A DNA stretch of 64,000 nucleotides from an uncultured Gammaproteobacteria bacterium (lineage in GTDB: Bacteria; Patescibacteriota; Microgenomatia; UBA1406; GWC2-37-13): NCBI GenBank assembly GCA_964408415.1, contig CAYOZH010000001.1, forward strand, positions 47,256-111,255, in the 5' to 3' direction. Position numbers and translations under genes: made by a program. This document shows, piece by piece, positions 14,757 to 23,056 of the stretch (position 1 is its first letter; each line of letters opens with the position of its first letter). The notes beneath the pieces were generated by a model, which saw only the letters and a program-made list of their open reading frames with translations, ran no database searches and was not told the DNA's origin.

Positions 14757-17666
14757 ATGCTAAATAGTGAACAAAAACAAGCAGTTGAATATAATGATTC
14801 TCCTCTTTTGATTATTGCTGGCGCTGGTACTGGAAAAACTACTGTTATTATTAAAAAAATTGAGTATCTAATAAAAAATAACCTAGTTAAACCTGATGAA
14901 ATTCTTGCTTTGACATTTACTGAAAAAGCCGCTTACGAGATGGAAGAAAGACTTGATAAAGAACTTCCTTATGGTTATTTTCAAATGACAATTGATACTT
15001 TTCATGGTTTTGCCGATCAAATTTTAAAAAGTGAGATTATTCATCTTGGTAGATCAAATAATTATAAACTTCTAACTGAAGCGGAAACGGTTCTTTTTTT
15101 TAAAAAAAATCTTTTTCTTTTTAATTTAGACTTTTATCAACCAGTTGGTAATCCCTATAAGTTTGTAGAAAATATTATTGATCATTTTTCAAGACTAAGA
15201 GATGAAAATATTAGTCCTGAAGAATATCTAAATTGGGTAAAAAATAATAATTTTGCTGATGAAGAAGAAAAAAAAAGATATCTTGAGTTAGCAAATGCTT
15301 ATAAAACTTTTCAAATTTTAAAAACAAAAGAAAATATTTTTGATTTTGCTGATTTAATTTATTATTTAATTCTTCTTTTTCAAAAACGACCATCGATTTT
15401 AAAATACTATCAAAATAAATATAAATTTGTTTTGGTCGATGAGTTTCAAGATACCAACATTGCTCAATATGAGTTAATTAAACTTCTTAAACCACCAAAA
15501 AATAATCCTAAATTAACTGTTGTTGGTGATGATTCACAAGCAATTTATAAATTTCGCGGTGCCTCTGTTTCCAATATTTTAACATTTATGAAAGATTACC
15601 CTTTAGCAAAACAAATCACTCTTTTAAAAAACTATCGATCAAATCAAGAAATTCTTGATAAAAGTTATCAATTAATTCAAGCTAATAATCCTGATACTCT
15701 TGAAACTCAACTGGGTATATCAAAAAAATTAATTGCTGTTAATAAAGATATTCCTGATGAACCAATTGACTTTTTTTTAGGAGAAAATATTGAAGATGAG
15801 GTTAACTTTGTAGTTGAAAAAATTCTCTATTTAAAAGAAAAATACAAATATCAATACAGTGATTTTGCAATTCTATGCCGCGCTAATAATCACGCTGATC
15901 CTTTTATAAGAACTTTAGTTTTTAAAGGTATTCCCTATCAATTTTTAGGTCCAAATATGCTTTTTAAACAACCAGAAGTAAAAGATCTTATTGCTTATTT
16001 AAAATTTCTTAATAATACTTCTGATAATATCTCTTTATATCGAGTTTTATCAATGAAAATATTTGATATTGATGGTTATGACTTAAAACTTTTAGTTGAT
16101 TTTTCAAAAAATTGTAATTTATCTTTATTTCAATCATTAGAAGTATATTTAAGTTATTTTATAGCTCAATATAAAAAAGAAGGATTTGAAAATTATTATA
16201 AATATTTACCTTTATTAAAAAAAGATTCACAAGAAAAATTAAGAAAATTCTTTGAAATGACAAAAAAACATTTTGAACTTTTGAAAAAAAATACTCCTGG
16301 TGAAATTCTTTATAATTTTTTGGAAACTACTGGTTATTTAAAAAAATTGTCTGATTTTCAAACTGATAAAGATGAAAAAATTGCTCTTAATATCTCAAAG
16401 TTTTTCCAAAGGTTAAAAGTTTTTGAAAATGAAAATAAGGAAAATAATATTGAAAATGTTGTTGAATTTTTAGATCTAAGTTTAGAAATGGGTGAATCGC
16501 CTTTAGCTGGAATAACTGATATTTCGACCTACAATGCAGTCAATATTTTAACAGTACATTCAGCTAAAGGCTTAGAATTTCCAGTTGTTTTTTTAATTAA
16601 TCTTACTCAAGGAAGATTTCCCAGTCGCAACCGCAAAGAAACTATTCCTATTCCAGATAGTCTTATAAAAGAAATTTTGCCAAAAGATGATCCTCATCTT
16701 GAGGAAGAAAGACGCCTTTTTTATGTAGGTATGACCAGGGCAAAAGATCATCTCTATCTAACAGCCTCAAAATTTTACGGTCAAGGAAAAAGACAGCAAA
16801 AACTCTCTTCATTTGTTTTAGAAACATTTGATAAAGAGTTTCTTGAAAAAAAAATTATTAAAACTACTGATGAAAAAAAACAACTATCCTTCTTTTATTT
16901 CAAAAAAGTTGATGAGCCAATTGAAAATCAAAAAACTATAAATAATTATTATTCTTACACTCAACTTGAGATTTACGAACGTTGTCCCCTACAGTATAAA
17001 TATTCATTTGTTTTAAATTTACCAACACCAAAAACTGCTTCCTTAAATTTTGGAGAAATTATTCACCAAACGCTTGAAAATTTTTATCAATTATTTAAAA
17101 CTAACAAAAGTGTCTCGGAAAAAGAAATGCTTGATATTTATAAAAAAAATTGGCAACCAATTGGTTTTTTATCAAAAAAACATGAAGAAAAATATTTTCA
17201 AATAGGAAAAAAAATTTTAATTAATTATTTAAAAAAGTATCATCATAAAGATTTAAATGTTTTAAGTTTAGAAATGTCTTTTAAAATAAAAATAATCGAT
17301 AATGTTTTTATTCGCGGAAAAATTGACCGAATTGACAAACTGCCTGATGGTCGTCTCGAGATAATTGACTATAAAACTGGTAAAAAACCTGATGAAAAAG
17401 AACTTAATAAAGACCCCCAATTATCAATCTATGCTCTAGCTTTAAAAAATATTTATAAAAAAACTCCTGATAAATTTTTGTTATCTTATTTTTATTTAGA
17501 ACATGATGAAAAAATAAGTTTTCAAAAAAACGAAGAAGATATAGAAAAAATAAGGAAAGACATTATTGAAAAAATAGAAAAAATTAAACTCAAAGACTTT
17601 ACTCCTAATCCAGGACTTCATTGTGACTTTTGTCCTTTCAAAATAATCTGTGAAGCTTGGCGTTAA
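14757..17666 (+). CDS. UvrD/PcrA-family helicase fused to a C-terminal PD-(D/E)XK (Cas4/AddB-type, Cys-cluster) nuclease
   Basis: 969 aa with Walker A GAGTGKTT, DEFQDT, and VHSAKGLEFPVVF...YVGMTRAK. The C-terminus has ERCPLQY ... IDRIDK...DYKTGK ... CDFCPFKIIC. Confidence 0.85.
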   Translation: MLNSEQKQAVEYNDSPLLIIAGAGTGKTTVIIKKIEYLIKNNLVKPDEILALTFTEKAAYEMEERLDKELPYGYFQMTIDTFHGFADQILKSEIIHLGRSNNYKLLTEAETVLFFKKNLFLFNLDFYQPVGNPYKFVENIIDHFSRLRDENISPEEYLNWVKNNNFADEEEKKRYLELANAYKTFQILKTKENIFDFADLIYYLILLFQKRPSILKYYQNKYKFVLVDEFQDTNIAQYELIKLLKPPKNNPKLTVVGDDSQAIYKFRGASVSNILTFMKDYPLAKQITLLKNYRSNQEILDKSYQLIQANNPDTLETQLGISKKLIAVNKDIPDEPIDFFLGENIEDEVNFVVEKILYLKEKYKYQYSDFAILCRANNHADPFIRTLVFKGIPYQFLGPNMLFKQPEVKDLIAYLKFLNNTSDNISLYRVLSMKIFDIDGYDLKLLVDFSKNCNLSLFQSLEVYLSYFIAQYKKEGFENYYKYLPLLKKDSQEKLRKFFEMTKKHFELLKKNTPGEILYNFLETTGYLKKLSDFQTDKDEKIALNISKFFQRLKVFENENKENNIENVVEFLDLSLEMGESPLAGITDISTYNAVNILTVHSAKGLEFPVVFLINLTQGRFPSRNRKETIPIPDSLIKEILPKDDPHLEEERRLFYVGMTRAKDHLYLTASKFYGQGKRQQKLSSFVLETFDKEFLEKKIIKTTDEKKQLSFFYFKKVDEPIENQKTINNYYSYTQLEIYERCPLQYKYSFVLNLPTPKTASLNFGEIIHQTLENFYQLFKTNKSVSEKEMLDIYKKNWQPIGFLSKKHEEKYFQIGKKILINYLKKYHHKDLNVLSLEMSFKIKIIDNVFIRGKIDRIDKLPDGRLEIIDYKTGKKPDEKELNKDPQLSIYALALKNIYKKTPDKFLLSYFYLEHDEKISFQKNEEDIEKIRKDIIEKIEKIKLKDFTPNPGLHCDFCPFKIICEAWR

Positions 17667-17687
17667 GTTAAAAAAATTAAAAAATTT

Positions 17688-17695
17688 TGTATAAT
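17688..17695 (+). promoter_or_regulatory. extended -10 box (TGTATAAT) 9 nt upstream of the GT2 ATG
   Basis: TGTATAAT-TTGAAAATA-ATG with no SD. Confidence 0.4.
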
Positions 17696-17704
17696 TTGAA
17701 AATA

Positions 17705-19183
17705 ATGACAGACAAATTTTTAAAATCAAAATTATTTTATAAAATTACTGACAGTTTAGTACCATTTTTTGCTTGGGTGTTAATCACTCTTCCTTTATGG
17801 CTATCGCCTTTTCATCCAGCTATTGTTTCTTATTTTATTATTTTTTTTGATCTATATTTTTTTTATAAATCAATTATTACTGCCTATCACGCTGTTTTAT
17901 CTTATAAAGAAATTTTATTTCACTCAAAAATTAATTATCAAAAAAAATTATTAAACTTAAAAGAGTCTTCAAAAATAAATCATTTTATTATTATTCCAAA
18001 TTATAAAGAACCTCTTTACAAACTAGAATCAACTATTAACTCATTTGTTAAAAACGATTATCCTTATAAAAAAATTTATTTAGTGCTTGCTTTTGAAAAA
18101 AGAGAATTAGAGGCAGAACAAAAATATCAATATTTATTTAACAAATATAAAAATTCATTTTCAAAAATCTTTGCCACTTATCATCCAGATCTACCAAATG
18201 AAGAACCAGGCAAAGCCAGTAATCAAACTTATGCCGCAAAAATTATAGATCAATACGTAGAAAAAAATAATCTAAAAAGAGAGGAAACATTGATCACAAT
18301 TTGCGATGCTGATAGTCACCTGCCAAAAAATTATTTTTCTTATTTAACCTTTACTTTTCTAAAAGATAAACAAAAACTTTTTCATTTTTATTGGGCGCCT
18401 GTTTTACTTTATAACAATTTTTGGCAATTGCCAATTTTTGTAAGAATCCAAGCAACCTTATCATCAATTTTAAGACTATCTTTTCTTTCACAAAAAGAAA
18501 ATCTCATTCAAATATCAACATATTCAACTAATCTTTGGCTACTGAAACAAATTAATTTTTGGGATGTTGATATTATTCCTGAAGATTGGCATATTTTTTT
18601 TCAAGCATTTTTTAAATTTGGAGAAAAAGTAAAAACTATTCCTTTATTTACAATTGTTAATGGTGATGCTGTTTATTCAGGAAATATTTTAAAAACTTTT
18701 ATTAACCGTTATGAACAAGAAAAACGTTGGGCGTGGGGAGTATCAGATGTTGGTTATGTTCTAAAAAAATTCTTTCATACGCCAAATATTAATTATTGGG
18801 CAAAAATAAAAAAAATTCTATTTTTAGCAGAAACACATTTGCTTTGGCCTGTATCTTTTTTTATTTTAACAATTAGTGCTTCTATTCCTCCATTAATTAA
18901 TCCAGTTTTTAAAAGAACAGTATTAGGTTTTTTATTACCAAAATTATCAGCATTAATCTTAACTTTATCATCTTCTATGATAATTTTATATTTTTATCTT
19001 GATATTAAAATTAGGTCAAAAATAAATGTAAAAACTAATCTTTATAATTTACCAATGCTTTTAGTTCAATGGTACTTCTTGCCAATCGTATCTTTCTTTT
19101 TTTCCTCACTTCCTGCTCTTGATGCTCACACAAAAATTCTTTTAGGAAAAAAAATAAAATATAAAGTTACTGAAAAAGTCTAA
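17705..19183 (+). CDS. membrane glycosyltransferase family 2 (processive type, QxxRW)
   Basis: N-terminal and C-terminal TM segments. Has IIIPNYKEP, CDADSH and QEKRWAWG motifs. The ATG at 17705 is preferred over the track's TTG at 17687, which lies inside a TGTATAAT box. Confidence 0.75.
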   Translation: MTDKFLKSKLFYKITDSLVPFFAWVLITLPLWLSPFHPAIVSYFIIFFDLYFFYKSIITAYHAVLSYKEILFHSKINYQKKLLNLKESSKINHFIIIPNYKEPLYKLESTINSFVKNDYPYKKIYLVLAFEKRELEAEQKYQYLFNKYKNSFSKIFATYHPDLPNEEPGKASNQTYAAKIIDQYVEKNNLKREETLITICDADSHLPKNYFSYLTFTFLKDKQKLFHFYWAPVLLYNNFWQLPIFVRIQATLSSILRLSFLSQKENLIQISTYSTNLWLLKQINFWDVDIIPEDWHIFFQAFFKFGEKVKTIPLFTIVNGDAVYSGNILKTFINRYEQEKRWAWGVSDVGYVLKKFFHTPNINYWAKIKKILFLAETHLLWPVSFFILTISASIPPLINPVFKRTVLGFLLPKLSALILTLSSSMIILYFYLDIKIRSKINVKTNLYNLPMLLVQWYFLPIVSFFFSSLPALDAHTKILLGKKIKYKVTEKV

Positions 19184-19204
19184 TTTTATATATAATTAAT
19201 AAAG

Positions 19205-20476
19205 ATGATTAACTGGTTATTTACAAAAACACCGCTTGTTTTTTTAATTCAAAGTTTTTGGCGAGATGAAGCTTTTTCCTATTTTTTAGCTAAAAAAAAT
19301 CTTTTTGAGATTATTTTTTTAAGTCTAAAAGATTTTTCTCCTCCATTATATTATTTAATTCTTCATTTTTGGATGAAAATTTTTGGATCTAGTGAAATTG
19401 CCTTAAGATTAATGTCTTTGATTTTCTTTTGGTTAACAACCTATGTTTTTTTTATATTTTTAACTGATATTTTAAAATTAAAAGTTTCAAAAGCTTTTTT
19501 TTATCTAATTTTTTTTATTATTAATCCACTTCAACTTTATTATGGATTTGAAGCAAGATCATATTCAATGTTTTCTTTTTTTAGCTTAACTTCTTTTTAT
19601 TTTTTATTTAAAAACAATAAAAAAATGTATCTCCTTTCAACTATTTTAGGTCTTTATACGCACTATTTTATGATCTTTGTTCTTGCTATCCAATATTTTG
19701 TTTTTAAATCAAAAAATCAAATTATTGCTTTTCTAAGTTTTCTTCCTTGGTTAATTTTTACTTTAATTAATAAAAATTTTTTTAATGAATCTTTTTGGAT
19801 TAAAAAAACACAATTAAAAGATATGATTAATTTTGTTGGAAATTTATATACAGGTTATGAATATGATTTTAAATTTTTTGATAAAAATATATTTAAATTG
19901 TCTTTATTTTTATTAATAATAATTTTTACTATCATTTTCTTTAAATTAAAAAATAAAAAAGAAAAATTATTTTTAAAAACATTAATTATTTGGTCTGTTA
20001 TTGCTCCATTTTTAATAACAATAATTTCTTTTATAAAACCAGTTTTTTTACCTCGATATTTAATCTTTGCTAATACTGGCTTATTAATTCTTTTAATCTA
20101 TATTCTTGAAAAATATCCAAAAATAATAAAATTTATAACAATTATAATTTTGTTAATAATAACTATTAAATATAATCAACTACAAATAAAAGAAAGAAAG
20201 AAAATCAATCTTAAAAAATCAATTTTAGAAATAAAATCATTAATGAAAAAAAATGACTATCTTTATGTTACGGATGAACTTGATTTTTTTACTGCTCAAT
20301 ATTATTTAGATGAAAATCGAGTTTATATCTGGGGAAAAACCTATGAAGAAATTCCAAATTATGTAGGAAAAGTTTTAATTGATAAAAATAAAGTAAAAAA
20401 TCTACTCCCATTTTATCCTCAAAAAGCTTTTATCTTAACTCCCTGGGGTGAATATTCAATACAGGCAATTTATTGA
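19205..20476 (+). CDS. GT-C fold glycosyltransferase (ArnT/PMT-like, GT39/GT83)
   Basis: 423-aa polytopic membrane ORF with a first-loop acidic motif (WRDEAFSYF) and a soluble C-terminal domain. Confidence 0.6.
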   Translation: MINWLFTKTPLVFLIQSFWRDEAFSYFLAKKNLFEIIFLSLKDFSPPLYYLILHFWMKIFGSSEIALRLMSLIFFWLTTYVFFIFLTDILKLKVSKAFFYLIFFIINPLQLYYGFEARSYSMFSFFSLTSFYFLFKNNKKMYLLSTILGLYTHYFMIFVLAIQYFVFKSKNQIIAFLSFLPWLIFTLINKNFFNESFWIKKTQLKDMINFVGNLYTGYEYDFKFFDKNIFKLSLFLLIIIFTIIFFKLKNKKEKLFLKTLIIWSVIAPFLITIISFIKPVFLPRYLIFANTGLLILLIYILEKYPKIIKFITIIILLIITIKYNQLQIKERKKINLKKSILEIKSLMKKNDYLYVTDELDFFTAQYYLDENRVYIWGKTYEEIPNYVGKVLIDKNKVKNLLPFYPQKAFILTPWGEYSIQAIY

Positions 20477-20503
20477 TAATTTTGATAAAATATTAATAAA
20501 TTT

Positions 20504-20574
20504 TGCCCGGTCGTCTAATGGTAGGACATCAGACTCTGGATCTGATTATCCTCGTTCGAGTCGAGGCTGGGCAA
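20504..20574 (+). tRNA. tRNA-Gln (anticodon CUG)
   Basis: Hand-folded cloverleaf: acceptor TGCCCGG/CTGGGCA, D stem GTCT/GGAC, anticodon stem TCAGA/TCTGA with loop CTCTGGA, T arm CCTCG-TTCGAGT-CGAGG. CCA is not encoded. Confidence 0.9.
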
Positions 20575-20584
20575 CAAATTTAAT

Positions 20585-20890
20585 ATGATCAATTATCTAA
20601 TAATCTCTAATTTGTTAATAATTTTAATATTTATTTTTAAATTACCAACTCTTCCTCCAGAATTACCATTATTTTATTCTCGACCAGTTGGTGAATGGCA
20701 ATTAGCTGATTCCTGGATGATATTTTTACTTCCATTTATTTTAAATTTAATGTTCTATATTAACAATCAAATATTAAATAAATATTTTATTAATGAAGAA
20801 ATTGCCAAAAAAATTTTTCATTATTTAAATTTATTCCTAATAATTTTTTTCACTTTAATTTTTATAAAAATTATTTTTTTAATTAGTTAA
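20585..20890 (+). CDS. hypothetical small membrane protein
   Basis: 101 aa with about three hydrophobic helices. It sits directly upstream of, and is likely co-transcribed with, the WecA-like gene. Confidence 0.5.
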   Translation: MINYLIISNLLIILIFIFKLPTLPPELPLFYSRPVGEWQLADSWMIFLLPFILNLMFYINNQILNKYFINEEIAKKIFHYLNLFLIIFFTLIFIKIIFLIS

Positions 20891-20892
20891 AT

Positions 20893-21942
20893 ATGTTGAT
20901 AATTTTTTTATTTAGTTTAATTTTTTCATTTTTTTTAACTATTCCAACTATTTTGTTGGCTAAAAAAATTAATCTAATTACTGATAAAAATAAAAGATTT
21001 CATCCTGCTCATACTCATCTTGGAAAAATTCCTCGAGGCGGTGGCATACCAATATTTTTAACATTATTAATAGCTAGTCTTTTATTTTTACCAATAAATA
21101 AAATCATCTTGGGAATATTAATATCAAGTTTTTTATTAGTTATCGTTGGGTTAATTGATGATTATTCTGATGTTTCTCCATATTTAAGATTTTTATTAAA
21201 TATATTAATTTCTTCAATTGTTGTTGCTTTTGGTTTAGGTATTCCATACATCTCAAATCCTTTTGGTGGAATTATAAAACTTGATCAATGGAAAGTTAGT
21301 TTTAACCTTTTTGGCCATCACCAAATATGGATTTTGGCTGATTTTTTATCAATAATCTGGCTTACGTGGCTAATGAATATGGTTAATTGGAGTAAGGGCG
21401 TTGACGGTCAACTTCCTGGTTTTGTTGGTGTGACAGCTTTTTTTCTTGGACTTTTATCTCAAAGATTTACTGCTCATGATATTAGCGTACAAACTGTTTC
21501 CAATCTTGCTTTTATCACTTCAGGCGCTTATTTTGGATTTTTAATATGGAATTTTTATCCGCAAAAAATTATGCCTGGTTATGGCGGTGGCGCTTTAGCT
21601 GGATTTTTGCTGGGAATTTTGTCAATTTTATCTTTTGGGAAAATTGGCACTGCTATTTTAATATTATCAGTACCAATGATTGATGCAATCTACACAATCT
21701 TAAGACGAATAAAAAATAAAAAATCTCCTTTTAAAGCTGATTGGGGACATTTTCATCATCGACTTTTGGAAATTGGCTGGGGCAGACGAAGAATTGCAGT
21801 TTTTTATTGGTTAGTATCATTTATTCTCGGCATTGCTTCTTTATTTTTAAAAGGACCCGAAAAACTCGTTGCTTTTTTAAGTTTTTTTGTAATTTTGATT
21901 GTTTTTATTTTAATAATTGAAAAAGTAAAGAAGATAAAATAA
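20893..21942 (+). CDS. polyprenyl-phosphate sugar-1-phosphate transferase (MraY/WecA/TagO family, GT4 fold)
   Basis: 349-aa polytopic ORF with GLIDDYSD, NMVNWSKGVDGQ and FHHRL motifs. Confidence 0.8.
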   Translation: MLIIFLFSLIFSFFLTIPTILLAKKINLITDKNKRFHPAHTHLGKIPRGGGIPIFLTLLIASLLFLPINKIILGILISSFLLVIVGLIDDYSDVSPYLRFLLNILISSIVVAFGLGIPYISNPFGGIIKLDQWKVSFNLFGHHQIWILADFLSIIWLTWLMNMVNWSKGVDGQLPGFVGVTAFFLGLLSQRFTAHDISVQTVSNLAFITSGAYFGFLIWNFYPQKIMPGYGGGALAGFLLGILSILSFGKIGTAILILSVPMIDAIYTILRRIKNKKSPFKADWGHFHHRLLEIGWGRRRIAVFYWLVSFILGIASLFLKGPEKLVAFLSFFVILIVFILIIEKVKKIK

Positions 21943-21964
21943 AAGTTTCATATAATTAAACTTT

Positions 21965-22375
21965 ATGACAGTTTTAAAAGTTCATACTGATGGCGGAGCA
22001 AAAGGTAATCCCGGACCGGCTTCAATTGGGGTGGTTTTTTATATAAATAACAAAAAAATCTTTCAACATCATAGCTCAATTGGTGTTGCCACTAATAATG
22101 ATGCAGAATACCAGGCATTAATTTTTGCTTTAAATGAGATAAAAAAACAAAAAGAAAAATTAGTTAATGAGTATAAAATTGAAAAAATTGATTTTTATTC
22201 TGATTCAAATCTTCTTGTTAATCAAGTTAATGGGCTTTTTAAAATAAAAAATGGAAAAATAAAAGAATATGTTTTTAAAATAAAAATTTTAGAACAAGAA
22301 ATCAATCTGCCAATTTATTATCATTACATTCCCCGTGAAAAAAACCAAGAAGCAGATAGATTAGTTAATTTTTAA
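21965..22375 (+). CDS. rnhA: ribonuclease HI
   Basis: 136 aa with a DEDD arrangement (HTDGGAKGNPGPA, NNDAEYQAL, YSDSNLL, NQEADRL). Confidence 0.8.
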   Translation: MTVLKVHTDGGAKGNPGPASIGVVFYINNKKIFQHHSSIGVATNNDAEYQALIFALNEIKKQKEKLVNEYKIEKIDFYSDSNLLVNQVNGLFKIKNGKIKEYVFKIKILEQEINLPIYYHYIPREKNQEADRLVNF

Positions 22376-22980
22376 TATAAGTTTTCAATCAGTTCTGGAA
22401 ACTTTTCAACTCGAAAATGGCCGTTTTTGTTTTTGAAAATAAAAAATTTTGCTTGAGGAAAGTTTTTTTGATACTGTTTCTGATGATATAATGAAACAAC
22501 TTGATCATCTTCTGAAAAATAAAAATAAATATTTTTAAACTGTTTTGAAAATAAAGATAATTTTTTTCTTAATTTAAATCCACCGAATAACTCTTCGTTA
22601 CTATTGCTATTATCAAAAGGTGGTGCTACTAAATGAATTGATGACAATTCTAAGTTAACTCTATTTTCCGAAAAATACTTCACTAAAAATATCCCTCCTA
22701 ATGAATAACCTAAAAAAATTGTTTTTCTTTTTTCTTTTTTCAAAAGATCCAAATATTTTTCAAAAATTATCTTCCATTCTTTATATCTTGAGTTTTCTTT
22801 TAACGGCATCTTAATTCTTATAATCTGAAAATAATCCTTTAATTGTTCATCTAAATAATCACCACTCCAATTTTTAAGTTCCTCTAAACTAATCTCTTTA
22901 TTTTTCAAATAATTCAAATAATCTTTTCTTTTTCTAAAAGTTGTTCCGCCGTGAATATAAACTAAAAATGGTTTTTGCAT
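22372..22980 (-). CDS. alpha/beta hydrolase (YdeN/RBBP9-like serine hydrolase)
   Basis: 202 aa with nucleophile elbow GYSLGG and a C-terminal NGHF. Confidence 0.6.
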   Translation of the reverse strand: MQKPFLVYIHGGTTFRKRKDYLNYLKNKEISLEELKNWSGDYLDEQLKDYFQIIRIKMPLKENSRYKEWKIIFEKYLDLLKKEKRKTIFLGYSLGGIFLVKYFSENRVNLELSSIHLVAPPFDNSNSNEELFGGFKLRKKLSLFSKQFKNIYFYFSEDDQVVSLYHQKQYQKNFPQAKFFIFKNKNGHFRVEKFPELIENLY

Positions 22981-23002
22981 TAAAACAATTATATACTATA
23001 AT

Positions 23003-23036
23003 AAGGACAGAACCTTTTAAAAAAGGTTCTGTCCTT
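23003..23036. repeat. palindrome family B copy (AAGGACAGAACCTTTT-AA-AAAAGGTTCTGTCCTT)
   Basis: Near-perfect 34-nt palindrome in the 76-nt divergent spacer between the hydrolase gene and miaB. Confidence 0.85.
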
Positions 23037-23056
23037 AAAATTTATAAACATTTATT

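Noticed and set aside
15141-15148. CCAGTTGG octamers in the helicase gene (also 20688-20700, 26454-26461, 41945-41960, 55000-55012)
   Set aside because: They encode (D/E/S)PVG-type motifs in conserved protein regions and lack the GC-rich outer stem and heptad flanks. They are probably chance matches or, at best, fully decayed copies.
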